DNA from: a virus
Strand: one strand, 5' to 3'
DNA length: 58,315 bases
IMG/VR virus record: IMGVR_UViG_3300045988_153046
Part shown: positions 8,297 through 17,279 of the stretch, piece by piece
Position numbering within the stretch: the stretch's first letter is position 1
Layout of the letters: each line of letters starts with the position of its first letter
Made by a program: the position numbers and the translations under genes
The notes under the pieces: generated by a model
Seen by the model: the letters and a program-made list of their open reading frames with translations, nothing else
Database searches by the model: none
Told to the model about the DNA's origin: nothing

Positions 8297-10366
8297 ATGG
8301 CTTATACAGGGTATATAAATCCTGAGGTGGCTAAGATGTATGGTATCCCTTATAGCAAGCTTACCGCTAAGCAAAAGAGGATTTTACATGAGGATAGCCT
8401 TAGGAGAGCTAAGCTGATTGATGAGCGAGAAAAGGCGGTTTTAGAGGTAGGGCTGAAAGCCTTTGATGATGAGGCTAAAATGGAGAGGGTGCTTGGCTCT
8501 ATCTACAAAGAGTGCCAGAAAAGTATCTTAGCTGATGTGCAAGAGACTATTGCAAAGGTACAAAAGGCAGGAGGTACATGGAGCTATGCTAATCAGAGTG
8601 CTCTCACTAGGAGTAGGGGGCTTTTTGAACAAATAACTCAGGAGCTCTCTAAGCTGGGGCAGAAAGAGAACACTTTGTTTTATCAGGGGCTCAGTAGTAT
8701 CTATACAGATCAGTACTTAAGGCAGATGTTTACTCTGGGGCAATTCACAGAGGTAAAGGCTAACCTGAGCCGCCTAAATCCTACTTTGATTAAGAAAACG
8801 CTGGATTATCCGTGGAGCGGGGCTATGTTTAGTGATAGGCTCTGGAATGATAAAGAGCGGCTGGGGAGAAATCTCAGATTAGGGCTTACTCAGAGCATGG
8901 TATTAGGTGAGGGTATCCCTGAGATTACTGATAGGATCAACAAAGGCATAGATACAGCTAGGTACAATGCTGAGAGGGTTGCCAGATCAGAAACTAAGCG
9001 GGTATCCTATGTGGCTCATGATGCGGTATATGAGGATACTGGGGTAGAGGAGCTTGAGTATCGGTGTGCAAATGGCGGGGATAGCCGTACTTGTTCTCTC
9101 TGTAGGGCTGATAATGGTAAACACTATCAGAGGGGCAAAGAGCCTACATTGCCTAGACATCCTAACTGTAGGTGTATCTATATCCCTGTAGTACCAGATA
9201 CCTTTAAGGCTGGGGAGCTGAATGAGCTTACTGGCTCTGTTAGAGGGGCTGAAAACTATGAGAAGTGGATGAAAGATAATGCTGATAAGCTAAATGCTGA
9301 TGGTACTCTTAAAGAGGGCTGGGAGAGAGACTGGAAAAACGGCGGTAAGCTGGTGTATAAGGGTAATCCTGTTGAAAAGATTACTCCGAAAGATCTAAAT
9401 GCTATGGTTAAAGAGGATAAGGATACTTTAGGCAGAGTAGACCCCATGTTGCTTACCGATTATCCAGAGCCTTTTTATGCTACTAAGGCAGAGGCTAAAA
9501 ATACTCAGGCTATGATGAGCTATGTGAACGGTTTGGATGGTGCTGATGAGGATGTACTTTCTCTTTACAGGAGTTTAGATAAAGCGTATAATTTTGATGA
9601 GAATGGGATACCCTTTAAGATCTCTCATGGTAAAAGTCATGCTGTGAGTTATCGGTACTCTCTAAGAGATGGTAAGTACTCTGATGTAACTCTTACTATA
9701 CCTAAGCTATCAGGAGATGATTTGGCGGGGCAAATGCAGACTACTCTACATGAGGAAATGCACTTGCTAGATATGCTTTGTGGAAAGAGTAACAGAGAGG
9801 GCGGTAAAAAAGGTGCACGGGTAAGCTCTACCAGTGAGGGGCTTGTAAAAGCCTTTAGTGGGGCGGATGATACCATAGGAGAGAAGATACAAGAGATTTT
9901 TAAGGAGCATGATAAAGAGGTTACTACCATTGCTACTCAGATGAGAAAAAAGTTACAGGATGGAATTGAGGAGTTAAGAGCTCAGTATTTACCTAATGGG
10001 GCTTTTGGTGCTGGATCTGATTATAAGGGGTATAAGAAAGCGGTATCTAAGCTTGAGAGTGCTGTAGAGGCTGAAAGAGACTATCTCAGCAGGAATGTAA
10101 TGGGCGGGGGTATTGGAAACCTTGAGGATATTTATGATGCCCTTTCTGGTGGCAAGCATAGAGATACAGGGGTTGTAAAATACGGTCATGGATCTAGCTA
10201 TTACAGGAGTATGGAAGATCGGAGAGCTGAAACATTGGCTAATTATGGTGCTCTAAGTGTGCTCCGTCCTGATTTGGTGGAATTGTTAGCAGAGGATAAG
10301 CCTGATTTGGTGGAGGCTCTGGCTGGTGCTGTTACAGAAATGCTTGGAATAGTAGGAGGTGTGTAA
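8297..10366 (+). CDS. MuF/SPP1-gp7-like minor head protein with a long C-terminal HExxH-containing extension
   Basis: MuF core: ARSETKRV ... CSLCRADNG ... PRHPNCRCIYIPV. About 350 extra residues contain LHEEMHLLD. Confidence 0.8.
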   Translation: MAYTGYINPEVAKMYGIPYSKLTAKQKRILHEDSLRRAKLIDEREKAVLEVGLKAFDDEAKMERVLGSIYKECQKSILADVQETIAKVQKAGGTWSYANQSALTRSRGLFEQITQELSKLGQKENTLFYQGLSSIYTDQYLRQMFTLGQFTEVKANLSRLNPTLIKKTLDYPWSGAMFSDRLWNDKERLGRNLRLGLTQSMVLGEGIPEITDRINKGIDTARYNAERVARSETKRVSYVAHDAVYEDTGVEELEYRCANGGDSRTCSLCRADNGKHYQRGKEPTLPRHPNCRCIYIPVVPDTFKAGELNELTGSVRGAENYEKWMKDNADKLNADGTLKEGWERDWKNGGKLVYKGNPVEKITPKDLNAMVKEDKDTLGRVDPMLLTDYPEPFYATKAEAKNTQAMMSYVNGLDGADEDVLSLYRSLDKAYNFDENGIPFKISHGKSHAVSYRYSLRDGKYSDVTLTIPKLSGDDLAGQMQTTLHEEMHLLDMLCGKSNREGGKKGARVSSTSEGLVKAFSGADDTIGEKIQEIFKEHDKEVTTIATQMRKKLQDGIEELRAQYLPNGAFGAGSDYKGYKKAVSKLESAVEAERDYLSRNVMGGGIGNLEDIYDALSGGKHRDTGVVKYGHGSSYYRSMEDRRAETLANYGALSVLRPDLVELLAEDKPDLVEALAGAVTEMLGIVGGV

Positions 10367-10367
10367 G

Positions 10368-10592
10368 ATGAGCGAACAGGAAAAAAGAGAAAAAATGCTT
10401 AAGATAGAGGATCTATATGCCTCTGTATTTGGTATTCCTGAGCTTAAGTTTTTTGATCTTAATAGTGAGGAGCTATTGGATGAGAAAATTGAGGTGCTTA
10501 CTCAGTTAAAAAAGGGTAAGCAGATTGGAGATATACCAGATTTTTATAAAGTGTTGGAGAAGATGCCTAAAGAGGGTATCTGGGATCTGTAA
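10368..10592 (+). CDS. Small acidic hypothetical protein (candidate immunity or partner of the MuF extension)
   Basis: ATG 10368 after AGGAGG; overlaps the stop of 8297..10366. Confidence 0.45.
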   Translation: MSEQEKREKMLKIEDLYASVFGIPELKFFDLNSEELLDEKIEVLTQLKKGKQIGDIPDFYKVLEKMPKEGIWDL

Positions 10593-10598
10593 AAAGGG

Positions 10599-10636
10599 CG
10601 GCTACTGGCTTAATTGCTGGTAGCCGTTTTTCTTTT
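10599..10636 (+). terminator. Rho-independent terminator
   Basis: 10-bp stem CGGCTACTGG / CTGGTAGCCG (2 G-U pairs) followed by TTTTTCTTTTT. Confidence 0.7.
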
Positions 10637-10667
10637 TCTAAAAATCTACCTCTCATGTGCTTATGAT
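10637..10667 (+). promoter_or_regulatory. Bipartite motif copy 3
   Basis: TCTAAAAA-N12-GTGCTTATGAT; spacer TACCTC is complementary to the RBS GAGGTA (10677-10682). Confidence 0.55.
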
Positions 10668-10688
10668 TGCATAAAGGAGGTAATTCTT

Positions 10689-11123
10689 ATGTATGTAGTT
10701 GGTATAGGCAATGTAACAGGGTGCAATAAAGCTTATATTTTCCTCAATGATGAGGGTAAACAGAGTAGTAAAAAGGCTACTGAGGATCTCTTGGTAGATG
10801 TGTTTACTCAGGCAGAGGCGGATTGTAGATTTTATTGTCGTATGGGGGAAGATTTAAGAAAAGAATTTGAAAAGCGGCGGGATAAAGTAGAGGAGCGGTA
10901 TCACTTTATCACTGATGAGGAAGTGCAGGAGAAATATAGAGCCTCTGGGTACAGGGGTGGAATAGGGCTTGAGGTAGATCAAAAAGTAAATAATGAGGAA
11001 TGTACTAGGCAATATGCCGCTGTATATGGGTTTTATGATGCGGTAAAGTATGCTAATGAGAGATGGGTGGAGGCTGATAAGCTTAAAAGACAGGCTGGAT
11101 CAGCTTTACACGAAAAATTTTAA
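10689..11123 (+). CDS. Hypothetical protein (moron-like cassette gene)
   Basis: ATG after AAGGAGG; flanked by its own motif and two terminators, inside the head module. Confidence 0.55.
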   Translation: MYVVGIGNVTGCNKAYIFLNDEGKQSSKKATEDLLVDVFTQAEADCRFYCRMGEDLRKEFEKRRDKVEERYHFITDEEVQEKYRASGYRGGIGLEVDQKVNNEECTRQYAAVYGFYDAVKYANERWVEADKLKRQAGSALHEKF

Positions 11124-11135
11124 GAGTTAATGATA

Positions 11136-11164
11136 AAGGAAAGGTGCAGAGCCTTTCCTTTTTA
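11136..11164 (+). terminator. Rho-independent terminator
   Basis: AAGGAAAGG / CCTTTCCTT 9-bp stem, T5. Confidence 0.85.
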
Positions 11165-11197
11165 TTGTAGATTGTGTGTAAAAGTTTTTCAGTACCA

Positions 11198-11253
11198 TAC
11201 ACATTTTATTTGATTGACTTGCCTATCTTTTGGAAGTAGAAAAGGGTTATTGA
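11198..11253 (+). promoter_or_regulatory. Conserved intergenic element B (TTGACT-N17-TAGAAA-like; shares its core with 2019..2074)
   Basis: Exact TGACTTGCCTATCT plus flanking similarity; upstream of the scaffold and capsid genes. Confidence 0.5.
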
Positions 11254-11309
11254 TGTGGTAACTTACGAGGGATCACACGGTAAAACTTAATTTAAGGAGG
11301 ATTAAGAAA

Positions 11310-11957
11310 ATGGCTGAGGAAATCAAAAACACTGAGGTAATCGAAAACAAGGGAGATCAGGCTAACAACACTACTCCTAACTCTGAGGGTGCTGGGGCTG
11401 ATACTACTCCAAAGGTAAAGACTGAGGAGGAAATCAGAGCAGAGCTACAAAAAGAGTTTGACAAGATGGCGGATAAGCGTGTTACTGATGCTATCAAGAA
11501 AAAGGAGAAAGAGTGGGCTGATAAGGCGGCTAAAGATAAGATGAGTGCTGAGGAGAGGGCTCAAGCTGAGGAAAAAGAGCGGCTGGCGGCTCAGGCTAAG
11601 AAAGATTTGGATCTTACCATTAAAGGGCTCAAGCTTGATGTAGTAGATGCTATTGCAGAGCTGGGGCTGGATAGTGGTTTTAGAAACCTGATTGCCGTTG
11701 AGGATTTGGCTAGTATTTCTGAGGAGGAGCGCAAGAAAGCACTTACCGCAAGAGTTAAGAACATGAAAGCCTTGTTTGATGCTGAGGTGAAAAAAGCTGT
11801 AGAAAAGGCTAAGGCTGAATTTCTTAAGGGCTCTACTCCCGCTACAGGTGATAAGCCTGATGGTGATAAGACTGCTTACGATCAGGCTAAGAAAGATGGA
11901 AATGTAAAGGGTATGATCTCCGCTAAGTTGGCGGCTTATCATGCCGAAACAGAATAA
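11310..11957 (+). CDS. Scaffolding protein
   Basis: Highly charged, Ala/Lys/Glu-rich coiled-coil protein immediately upstream of the capsid gene. Confidence 0.65.
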   Translation: MAEEIKNTEVIENKGDQANNTTPNSEGAGADTTPKVKTEEEIRAELQKEFDKMADKRVTDAIKKKEKEWADKAAKDKMSAEERAQAEEKERLAAQAKKDLDLTIKGLKLDVVDAIAELGLDSGFRNLIAVEDLASISEEERKKALTARVKNMKALFDAEVKKAVEKAKAEFLKGSTPATGDKPDGDKTAYDQAKKDGNVKGMISAKLAAYHAETE

Positions 11958-11982
11958 AAAACTATCTTGAAAGTGAGGATAA

Positions 11983-12897
11983 ATGATTATGGCTGATATG
12001 ATTAAGCGTAAGGATTTTTTGGAAAATGAGGTTTTGGATCTCTCTGATGAGATTAAACTGGTATCTCCTACAGATACCCCTCTTACTACTCTTTTGATGG
12101 GTAATGGTAAGGTTGTACCCGCTAATGATATTACTGTTACTTGGCGTGAGAAACAGCTTAACACAAGTAGGGGCACTCTTATTACAGAGGGTGCGGATGC
12201 TGGAGGTGTGATTGTTAGTAGCAGATCCTCCCTCTCTAACCTTTGTCAGATCCTTGAGAAAGTAACCGCTGTATCTGGTACAGCAAGAGCTCTTAAGCCT
12301 AAGGGCGTGGGTGATACTTTTGATGCAGAGGTTAGTGATCGTCTTGTTGAGCTCAAGAGGGATCTGGAGTGGTATTTCCTAAATGGCACTAAAACGGTTG
12401 AGAGTGATGGTACTCCTAGACAGATGAACGGCTTAGTTAATCTGGTTAATGCCGATAATGTCATTACTACTGCTGGAGCTCTCACTGAGGATCATTTTTT
12501 GGATGCGTTTGAGAAAATGTGGGATCATGGCGCTCAGGGTGATTACTACGCTTTTGTAAACTCTACTCAGAAAAGGGCTATCAATGCTCTTGCTAAGGCT
12601 GGTAATAATGTAAGATGGACTATGGATAATGGTACGGTTACTAATGCGCTGGGTATTGGCGTTTCTAAGATCGTATCTGATTTTGGTACTATCAATCTGG
12701 TGCTAAATCGTCATATGGATGTTAATACCATTCTGGCTCTTGACCTTGAGGCGGTTGAGATTGCTGAGCTTAGACCTACTTTTTATGAGGATTTGCCTAA
12801 GGCTGGCGATTATTACAAGGGGCATATTATCAATGAGAGCACTATCAAGCTCCTTAATAGCTATGCTGGTGCTAAAATCGTTGTTACTGGTGCATAA
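11983..12897 (+). CDS. Major capsid protein
   Basis: Position after the scaffold, about 300 aa, strong RBS; family not assigned by eye. Confidence 0.7.
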   Translation: MIMADMIKRKDFLENEVLDLSDEIKLVSPTDTPLTTLLMGNGKVVPANDITVTWREKQLNTSRGTLITEGADAGGVIVSSRSSLSNLCQILEKVTAVSGTARALKPKGVGDTFDAEVSDRLVELKRDLEWYFLNGTKTVESDGTPRQMNGLVNLVNADNVITTAGALTEDHFLDAFEKMWDHGAQGDYYAFVNSTQKRAINALAKAGNNVRWTMDNGTVTNALGIGVSKIVSDFGTINLVLNRHMDVNTILALDLEAVEIAELRPTFYEDLPKAGDYYKGHIINESTIKLLNSYAGAKIVVTGA

Positions 12898-12919
12898 GAG
12901 AGAAAGAGAGGTATAGATT

Positions 12920-13198
12920 ATGGCTAAGGCAGAGAATACCGCTAAGGCGGATAAGGTTAAGGATGAAACTCAGGGGGCTACTCCTGAGGTTAATGAGGGA
13001 GATACTCAGAAAGAGGAAAAGGCTAAGGCAGAGAATACCGCTAAGGCTGAAAAAATCTATAGATTTACCTCTGAAAATAAGTACCTCACTTGTTCCGCTG
13101 TAGGTGTGCAGTTTATTGATGGCAAAGCTGAGACAAAGAGCCTTGAGGCGGCTAAAGTGCTTGCTACTCTTGATGGCGTTAAGCTGATTGAGGAGTAA
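12920..13198 (+). CDS. Hypothetical head-associated protein with an internal duplication
   Basis: AKAENTAKA occurs twice; 27-nt exact DNA repeat at 12922 and 13021. Confidence 0.5.
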   Translation: MAKAENTAKADKVKDETQGATPEVNEGDTQKEEKAKAENTAKAEKIYRFTSENKYLTCSAVGVQFIDGKAETKSLEAAKVLATLDGVKLIEE

Positions 13199-13231
13199 AA
13201 GCCCTCTCAGCAAAGAGAGGAGGTATGCCTC

Positions 13232-13582
13232 ATGGAAAGCCTAGAGAGATGCAGAATACTCTTAGGGCTATCAGAGGATAACACAAAAAAGCTTGAAATC
13301 CTTAATGTGTGTTTGGAAAAGGCTAGAGATGATATAGCCGATTTTTGCAGAGATACCTTTTATGATGAGGATGGGGCTGATGTGTTTCCTAAGGCTCTAA
13401 GGAATGTTCAAGAGGATTTGGCGGTAATGAAGTACCGCAAGCGTGGGGCGGAGGGTGAAACCTCATACTCTCTTAGTGATGAGAATGTATCTTTTGATGA
13501 TCCTTTGCCAGACAGTGTAAAGCAAAGGCTTTATCCCTATAGGCAGTTGTTTCCGATAACAAATGAGCCTAGAGAGGGGTGA
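13232..13582 (+). CDS. Head-tail connector (gp6-like) protein
   Basis: Size, position and N-terminal LLGLSEDNTKKLEILNVCLEKARDDIADFC pattern. Confidence 0.5.
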   Translation: MESLERCRILLGLSEDNTKKLEILNVCLEKARDDIADFCRDTFYDEDGADVFPKALRNVQEDLAVMKYRKRGAEGETSYSLSDENVSFDDPLPDSVKQRLYPYRQLFPITNEPREG

Positions 13583-13587
13583 GCGGT

Positions 13588-13938
13588 ATGCTTGATTGGA
13601 TGCTGGATAAAAGGGTGATTGTAAAGCGGTATAACTCAGAGCTAGGAGAGTATAACCGTCCTAAGAAAACGCTGGAGGAGGTAGGCTCTTATCAATGCCA
13701 TATCTCAGAGAGCAATAGCAATACCTCACAGAAAGCTCCGCAAAAAGAGAATATCACAGATCTTACCCTGTATGTTGAGCATGATGCTGATATACAGGCG
13801 GGAGATGTGCTCTATATCTATGAGCTGGATGAGTATGATGAGATCATAGCTAGCTCTGAGTACAAGGCTCTTGCAGATAAGCCATATAAAAAGCGCACAT
13901 TTCTCTCTGCACCTTTGGTGGGTACTGAGGAGGTGTAA
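13588..13938 (+). CDS. Head closure/adaptor protein (putative)
   Basis: Synteny only. Confidence 0.4.
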   Translation: MLDWMLDKRVIVKRYNSELGEYNRPKKTLEEVGSYQCHISESNSNTSQKAPQKENITDLTLYVEHDADIQAGDVLYIYELDEYDEIIASSEYKALADKPYKKRTFLSAPLVGTEEV

Positions 13939-13941
13939 GCT

Positions 13942-14421
13942 ATGGCTGATACTGGATTTTCTATTGATGGATGGGCTGAGTTTGTAGAAAACTTTGCTAA
14001 ATTCGTGGATAGCTGGGAGGCAAAGAAAGCTATTCTCCTAAAGCGTATGGGTAATATTTACCTAAATAATATGTTGCCGTTTGTGCCTGTAGATACCTCT
14101 AGGCTGGTGGATAGTATTTCTCTTTTCACAGAGGGGATACCTGATGATTATGTAGAGGTAGGCACAAATGTAAAGTATGCCATTTATGTAGATGAGGGTC
14201 ATGTACAACATAAGCGGTTTTTACCAGCGGATAAGCTTACTGTGGGAGGCAAGGCTAAGTATCTAAAGAGCAGGGGTCAGAAAGGCATAATGCTAAAAGA
14301 GAGCTATGTGCAAGGGGCTCATTTCTTGGATAAAGGGCTTACAGCGGCTAAGCCTAGCCTTACACGATTGGTAAATAGCTTTATGGAGGAATGCGCTAGA
14401 GAGGTGGAGGGAGGTAGATAG
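13942..14421 (+). CDS. HK97 gp10-like tail component
   Basis: Synteny and size. Confidence 0.45.
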   Translation: MADTGFSIDGWAEFVENFAKFVDSWEAKKAILLKRMGNIYLNNMLPFVPVDTSRLVDSISLFTEGIPDDYVEVGTNVKYAIYVDEGHVQHKRFLPADKLTVGGKAKYLKSRGQKGIMLKESYVQGAHFLDKGLTAAKPSLTRLVNSFMEECAREVEGGR

Positions 14422-14422
14422 G

Positions 14423-14905
14423 GTGAGATTGCTAAACAGTGTTTGTAAAGTGATCGCCTCTGCTTTTGAGGGTGTTCCAGTACACATAGAGGAAGTACCT
14501 AAGCACTTTGAGCGGGGATGCTTTTATGTGTGCCTCACTACAGGGGATACAGAGTTGTTAAATACTAATGTGTATCAGGATAATCCTATTTTTCAGATCA
14601 TTTACTTTGGTAAGCGGAATGCGGCGGATCAGGTGTATGCAGAGAAATTATATGAGGTAAAAGAGAGCCTAAAAAGGCTCTTTTTGCTTAGTAAGGCATT
14701 GCCTGTAATACCGCTGGAGGGTGTGGAGGAAAAGCCTAGATATGCAAAGTATGAGAGCTATTCTGATGAGCTTAGGATCTCAGAGGGGGCGATTTATGCG
14801 AGGTTAGCTATTAACTTTACAGAGGATCTACCTAAAGCTCCTGATAAGTATGAGCCTATTGGAGAGGTTGATATTATCACGCAAACTAAAATTTCAAATG
14901 GATAA
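14423..14905 (+). CDS. Tail completion protein (putative)
   Basis: Synteny, immediately upstream of the sheath; GTG after GGAGGGAGG. Confidence 0.4.
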   Translation: MRLLNSVCKVIASAFEGVPVHIEEVPKHFERGCFYVCLTTGDTELLNTNVYQDNPIFQIIYFGKRNAADQVYAEKLYEVKESLKRLFLLSKALPVIPLEGVEEKPRYAKYESYSDELRISEGAIYARLAINFTEDLPKAPDKYEPIGEVDIITQTKISNG

Positions 14906-14920
14906 AGGAGGATATACAAT

Positions 14921-16021
14921 ATGGGATTGCCTGATATTGTGATTGAGTTTTCTAAGAAAGCTGTAACAGCTATCCAGAGCGGGGCTTTGGGTATTGTAGG
15001 AGTTATCCTAAAAGATGAAAAAAATAGTGGGGCTATGATCCTGAGGGGTATTGATGAGATCCCCACTGGAGATAGTGCCTTTAGTGCAGAAAATACCGCT
15101 TATTTGGAGAGAGCTTTTATGGGTGCTCCTACTAAGGTTATTGTTTATACAATGGCTAAGGCGGCTGAGGATTATAATGAGGCGTTTAAGTACTTTGCCT
15201 CTCACAAGGTTAGTTACTTGGTAGGTGCTCCTGATATTACTGCTGATGAGGCTAATAAAATGGCTACATGGGTTAAGGGTATCAGACAAAAGGGCATTCG
15301 TAGACCTGTTATTGTAGTGCCTGATACAGCGGGTGATAGCAGGGCGGTAATTGATTTTGATGTGGTTAATTATACTGATGAGGATAAGCCTAAGGCTGGA
15401 GAAACTGAGTTTACTAAGGCTCAGCTCTGTAGCCGTATTGCTGGTATCCTTGCAGGATTGGATCTGAGAATTTCCGCTACTTACAAGCCTCTTGCTGAGA
15501 TTACTTATATCCCTAGTGCAGAGGATGATGAGGTAGATGCCGCCATTGATGCGGGTAAGCTGGTGCTCTACAGTGATGGAGAGCGGATTGTAATTGGTAG
15601 GGGTGTAAACTCTCTGATTACTACCGGTGAGGTAGAGACTGAGGATCTTAAGAAAATCAAGATCTCTGCTATTCAAGATCTGATTGAGGAGGATATTTAC
15701 AGTACTATCAATAGCTCTTATATCGGTAACTACAGTAATAGCTATGATAATAAGTGCTTGCTGATTACCGCTATTAGGGGTTATCTGAGAGGGCTGGAGG
15801 CTACAGAGGGCGGTAAGGGTTATCTGAGAGCGGGTAGCTCTACTGTTGAAATCAATGTAGCTAAGCAGAAACTCTACCTTGAGAGTATCGGTGTGGATAC
15901 CTCTGATATGAGCGAACAGGAAATTAAAGAGGCTAATACTGGCTCTCATGTTTTCCTTAAAGGTACTATCAGTATCCTTGATGCGATTGAGGATGTTGAT
16001 ATTTTCATTAACAAGGAATAA
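14921..16021 (+). CDS. Contractile tail sheath protein (XkdK-like)
   Basis: 366 aa, upstream of the tube gene; PBSX-like order. Confidence 0.75.
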   Translation: MGLPDIVIEFSKKAVTAIQSGALGIVGVILKDEKNSGAMILRGIDEIPTGDSAFSAENTAYLERAFMGAPTKVIVYTMAKAAEDYNEAFKYFASHKVSYLVGAPDITADEANKMATWVKGIRQKGIRRPVIVVPDTAGDSRAVIDFDVVNYTDEDKPKAGETEFTKAQLCSRIAGILAGLDLRISATYKPLAEITYIPSAEDDEVDAAIDAGKLVLYSDGERIVIGRGVNSLITTGEVETEDLKKIKISAIQDLIEEDIYSTINSSYIGNYSNSYDNKCLLITAIRGYLRGLEATEGGKGYLRAGSSTVEINVAKQKLYLESIGVDTSDMSEQEIKEANTGSHVFLKGTISILDAIEDVDIFINKE

Positions 16022-16036
16022 GGGAGGGTTAAAATT

Positions 16037-16471
16037 ATGGCTGTTGAAACAAAGCGTATTTGTAATGGTACTTTTGGTGAGATTTGGCTTGATGGAGATT
16101 ATGTGGGAGAAGTCAAGAAAGCTCAGGCAAAGGTAGAGTACAACAAAGAGGAAATCAAGCAATGCGGTATGTTCTTTACCGATAGTAAGGTTGTAGGCTG
16201 TAAAGGTACAGGATCTCTCACTCTGTTTAAGGTGAGTAGCAGAATGGGGCAAAAGTTAGCTAGCATGGTTAAGAATAAGCAGGATGCAAGGTTTACGGTT
16301 ATTAGTAAGCTGGCTGATCCTGATGCTTACGGTGCTGAGAGAGTATCTTTAGAGGGTGTGCAGTTTGATGATCTTACCCTGTTTGATTGGGAGGCTCAAA
16401 CGCCTGGCGAGGTTGAGGCTCCTTTTATCTTTACAGGATATGAGTATCTGGATGAGATTACTCCTCAGTAA
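16037..16471 (+). CDS. Tail tube protein (XkdM-like)
   Basis: 144 aa after the sheath; NGTFGEIWLDG...GTGSLTLFKV pattern. Confidence 0.75.
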   Translation: MAVETKRICNGTFGEIWLDGDYVGEVKKAQAKVEYNKEEIKQCGMFFTDSKVVGCKGTGSLTLFKVSSRMGQKLASMVKNKQDARFTVISKLADPDAYGAERVSLEGVQFDDLTLFDWEAQTPGEVEAPFIFTGYEYLDEITPQ

Positions 16472-16497
16472 AGGGCACTACTATCAAAGGCAGCTAG

Positions 16498-16543
16498 TGA
16501 GGCGGATGAGGGGTGTAATGATCTCTTATCCGCCTCATTTTTT
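16498..16543 (+). terminator. Rho-independent terminator/attenuator after the tube gene
   Basis: TGAGGCGGAT / ATCCGCCTCA 10-bp stem, T6. Confidence 0.8.
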
Positions 16544-16580
16544 GGTTTAATAAGAAAATAAGAAAATGGAGGGCTATATT

Positions 16581-17060
16581 ATGGCTACTAAAGTAACTAA
16601 CACTACTGAGAAAGTTGAAGTTGTGGAAACGGAAAAGAAAGCGGCGGTAAATGTACTGGATCTCTTGCTGGGGGCTGATGCCGATAAGATTAAGCTCCCT
16701 ACTAGTCAGGTTGAGATCACAAGGTTATCTGAGGCTTTGGGTGATCCATTTATCCTCACTTGTCAGGCTCTTACTCCTGAGAAGTATGAGGAGGTACAGG
16801 ATATGGCTTTGAGCGTGAGTGGTAAAGATGTGGATCTGGATGTATCTCAGCTCCAGCTCTTTACAGTCATGGAGGGAGTAGTTGATGCGGAGGGTAAGCC
16901 CTTGTTTAAGAGCAAAGAGCTTAGAGACAAGTACAAAGTACCTACTCCTAAGGAAGTTGTTAAAAAGGTGCTCCTGAGCGGTGAGATTGTGGCGGTTTAT
17001 ACTGTGATTGCTAAGCTCACTGGATTTGATGATACGGCGGTTAAACAGGTAAAAAACTAA
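16581..17060 (+). CDS. Tail assembly chaperone (XkdN-like), zero-frame product
   Basis: Position between the tube and tape measure; ATG 16581 after GGAGGG. Confidence 0.7.
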   Translation: MATKVTNTTEKVEVVETEKKAAVNVLDLLLGADADKIKLPTSQVEITRLSEALGDPFILTCQALTPEKYEEVQDMALSVSGKDVDLDVSQLQLFTVMEGVVDAEGKPLFKSKELRDKYKVPTPKEVVKKVLLSGEIVAVYTVIAKLTGFDDTAVKQVKN

Positions 17061-17257
17061 TAGAGACAGATGGACTTACTCAGATGATGTACCATTACTG
17101 GGTACATGGTAAAGTGCGTCCGTCTGTCTTTTATTCCATGCCTAGAGGGGAGCTTACAGTGATACAAGCTTTTTATGAAAAAGAGGTGCAGGAGCGCAAT
17201 GAGTTAATCAAGAGCTCCAAAGGTAAAGCTGTATGCCCTCTCTGGTTTTTTATATGA
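16581..17257 (+). CDS. Tail assembly chaperone, -1 frameshift fusion product
   Basis: Slippery A_AAA_AAC at 17051-17057. The -1 frame stays open to TGA 17255-17257 (…YHYWVHGKVRPSVFYSMPRGELTVIQAFYEKE…). Confidence 0.65.
17051..17057 (+). other. -1 programmed ribosomal frameshift heptamer AAAAAAC
   Basis: X_XXY_YYZ in the correct phase, 1 codon before the zero-frame stop. Confidence 0.65.
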
Positions 17258-17279
17258 AATGTAAAGGGGGCGTTATATT

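Noticed and set aside
11445-12176. Minus-strand ORFs of 140-240 aa (this one, plus 4087..4635, 4721..5149, 7258..7743, 17585..18205, 24485..25120, 43309..43830, 53479..53943 and 54003..54404)
   Set aside because: All overlap strong + strand genes or promoters, lack Shine-Dalgarno sequences and have shadow-ORF composition. The genome is otherwise transcribed in one direction.
15008-16252. 414-aa minus-strand ORF, the longest antisense ORF in the window
   Set aside because: It lies fully antisense to the well-supported sheath and tube genes. It has no RBS. Its Leu/Ile/Ser/Asn-rich, low-complexity composition is typical of the reverse frame of a purine-rich coding strand.
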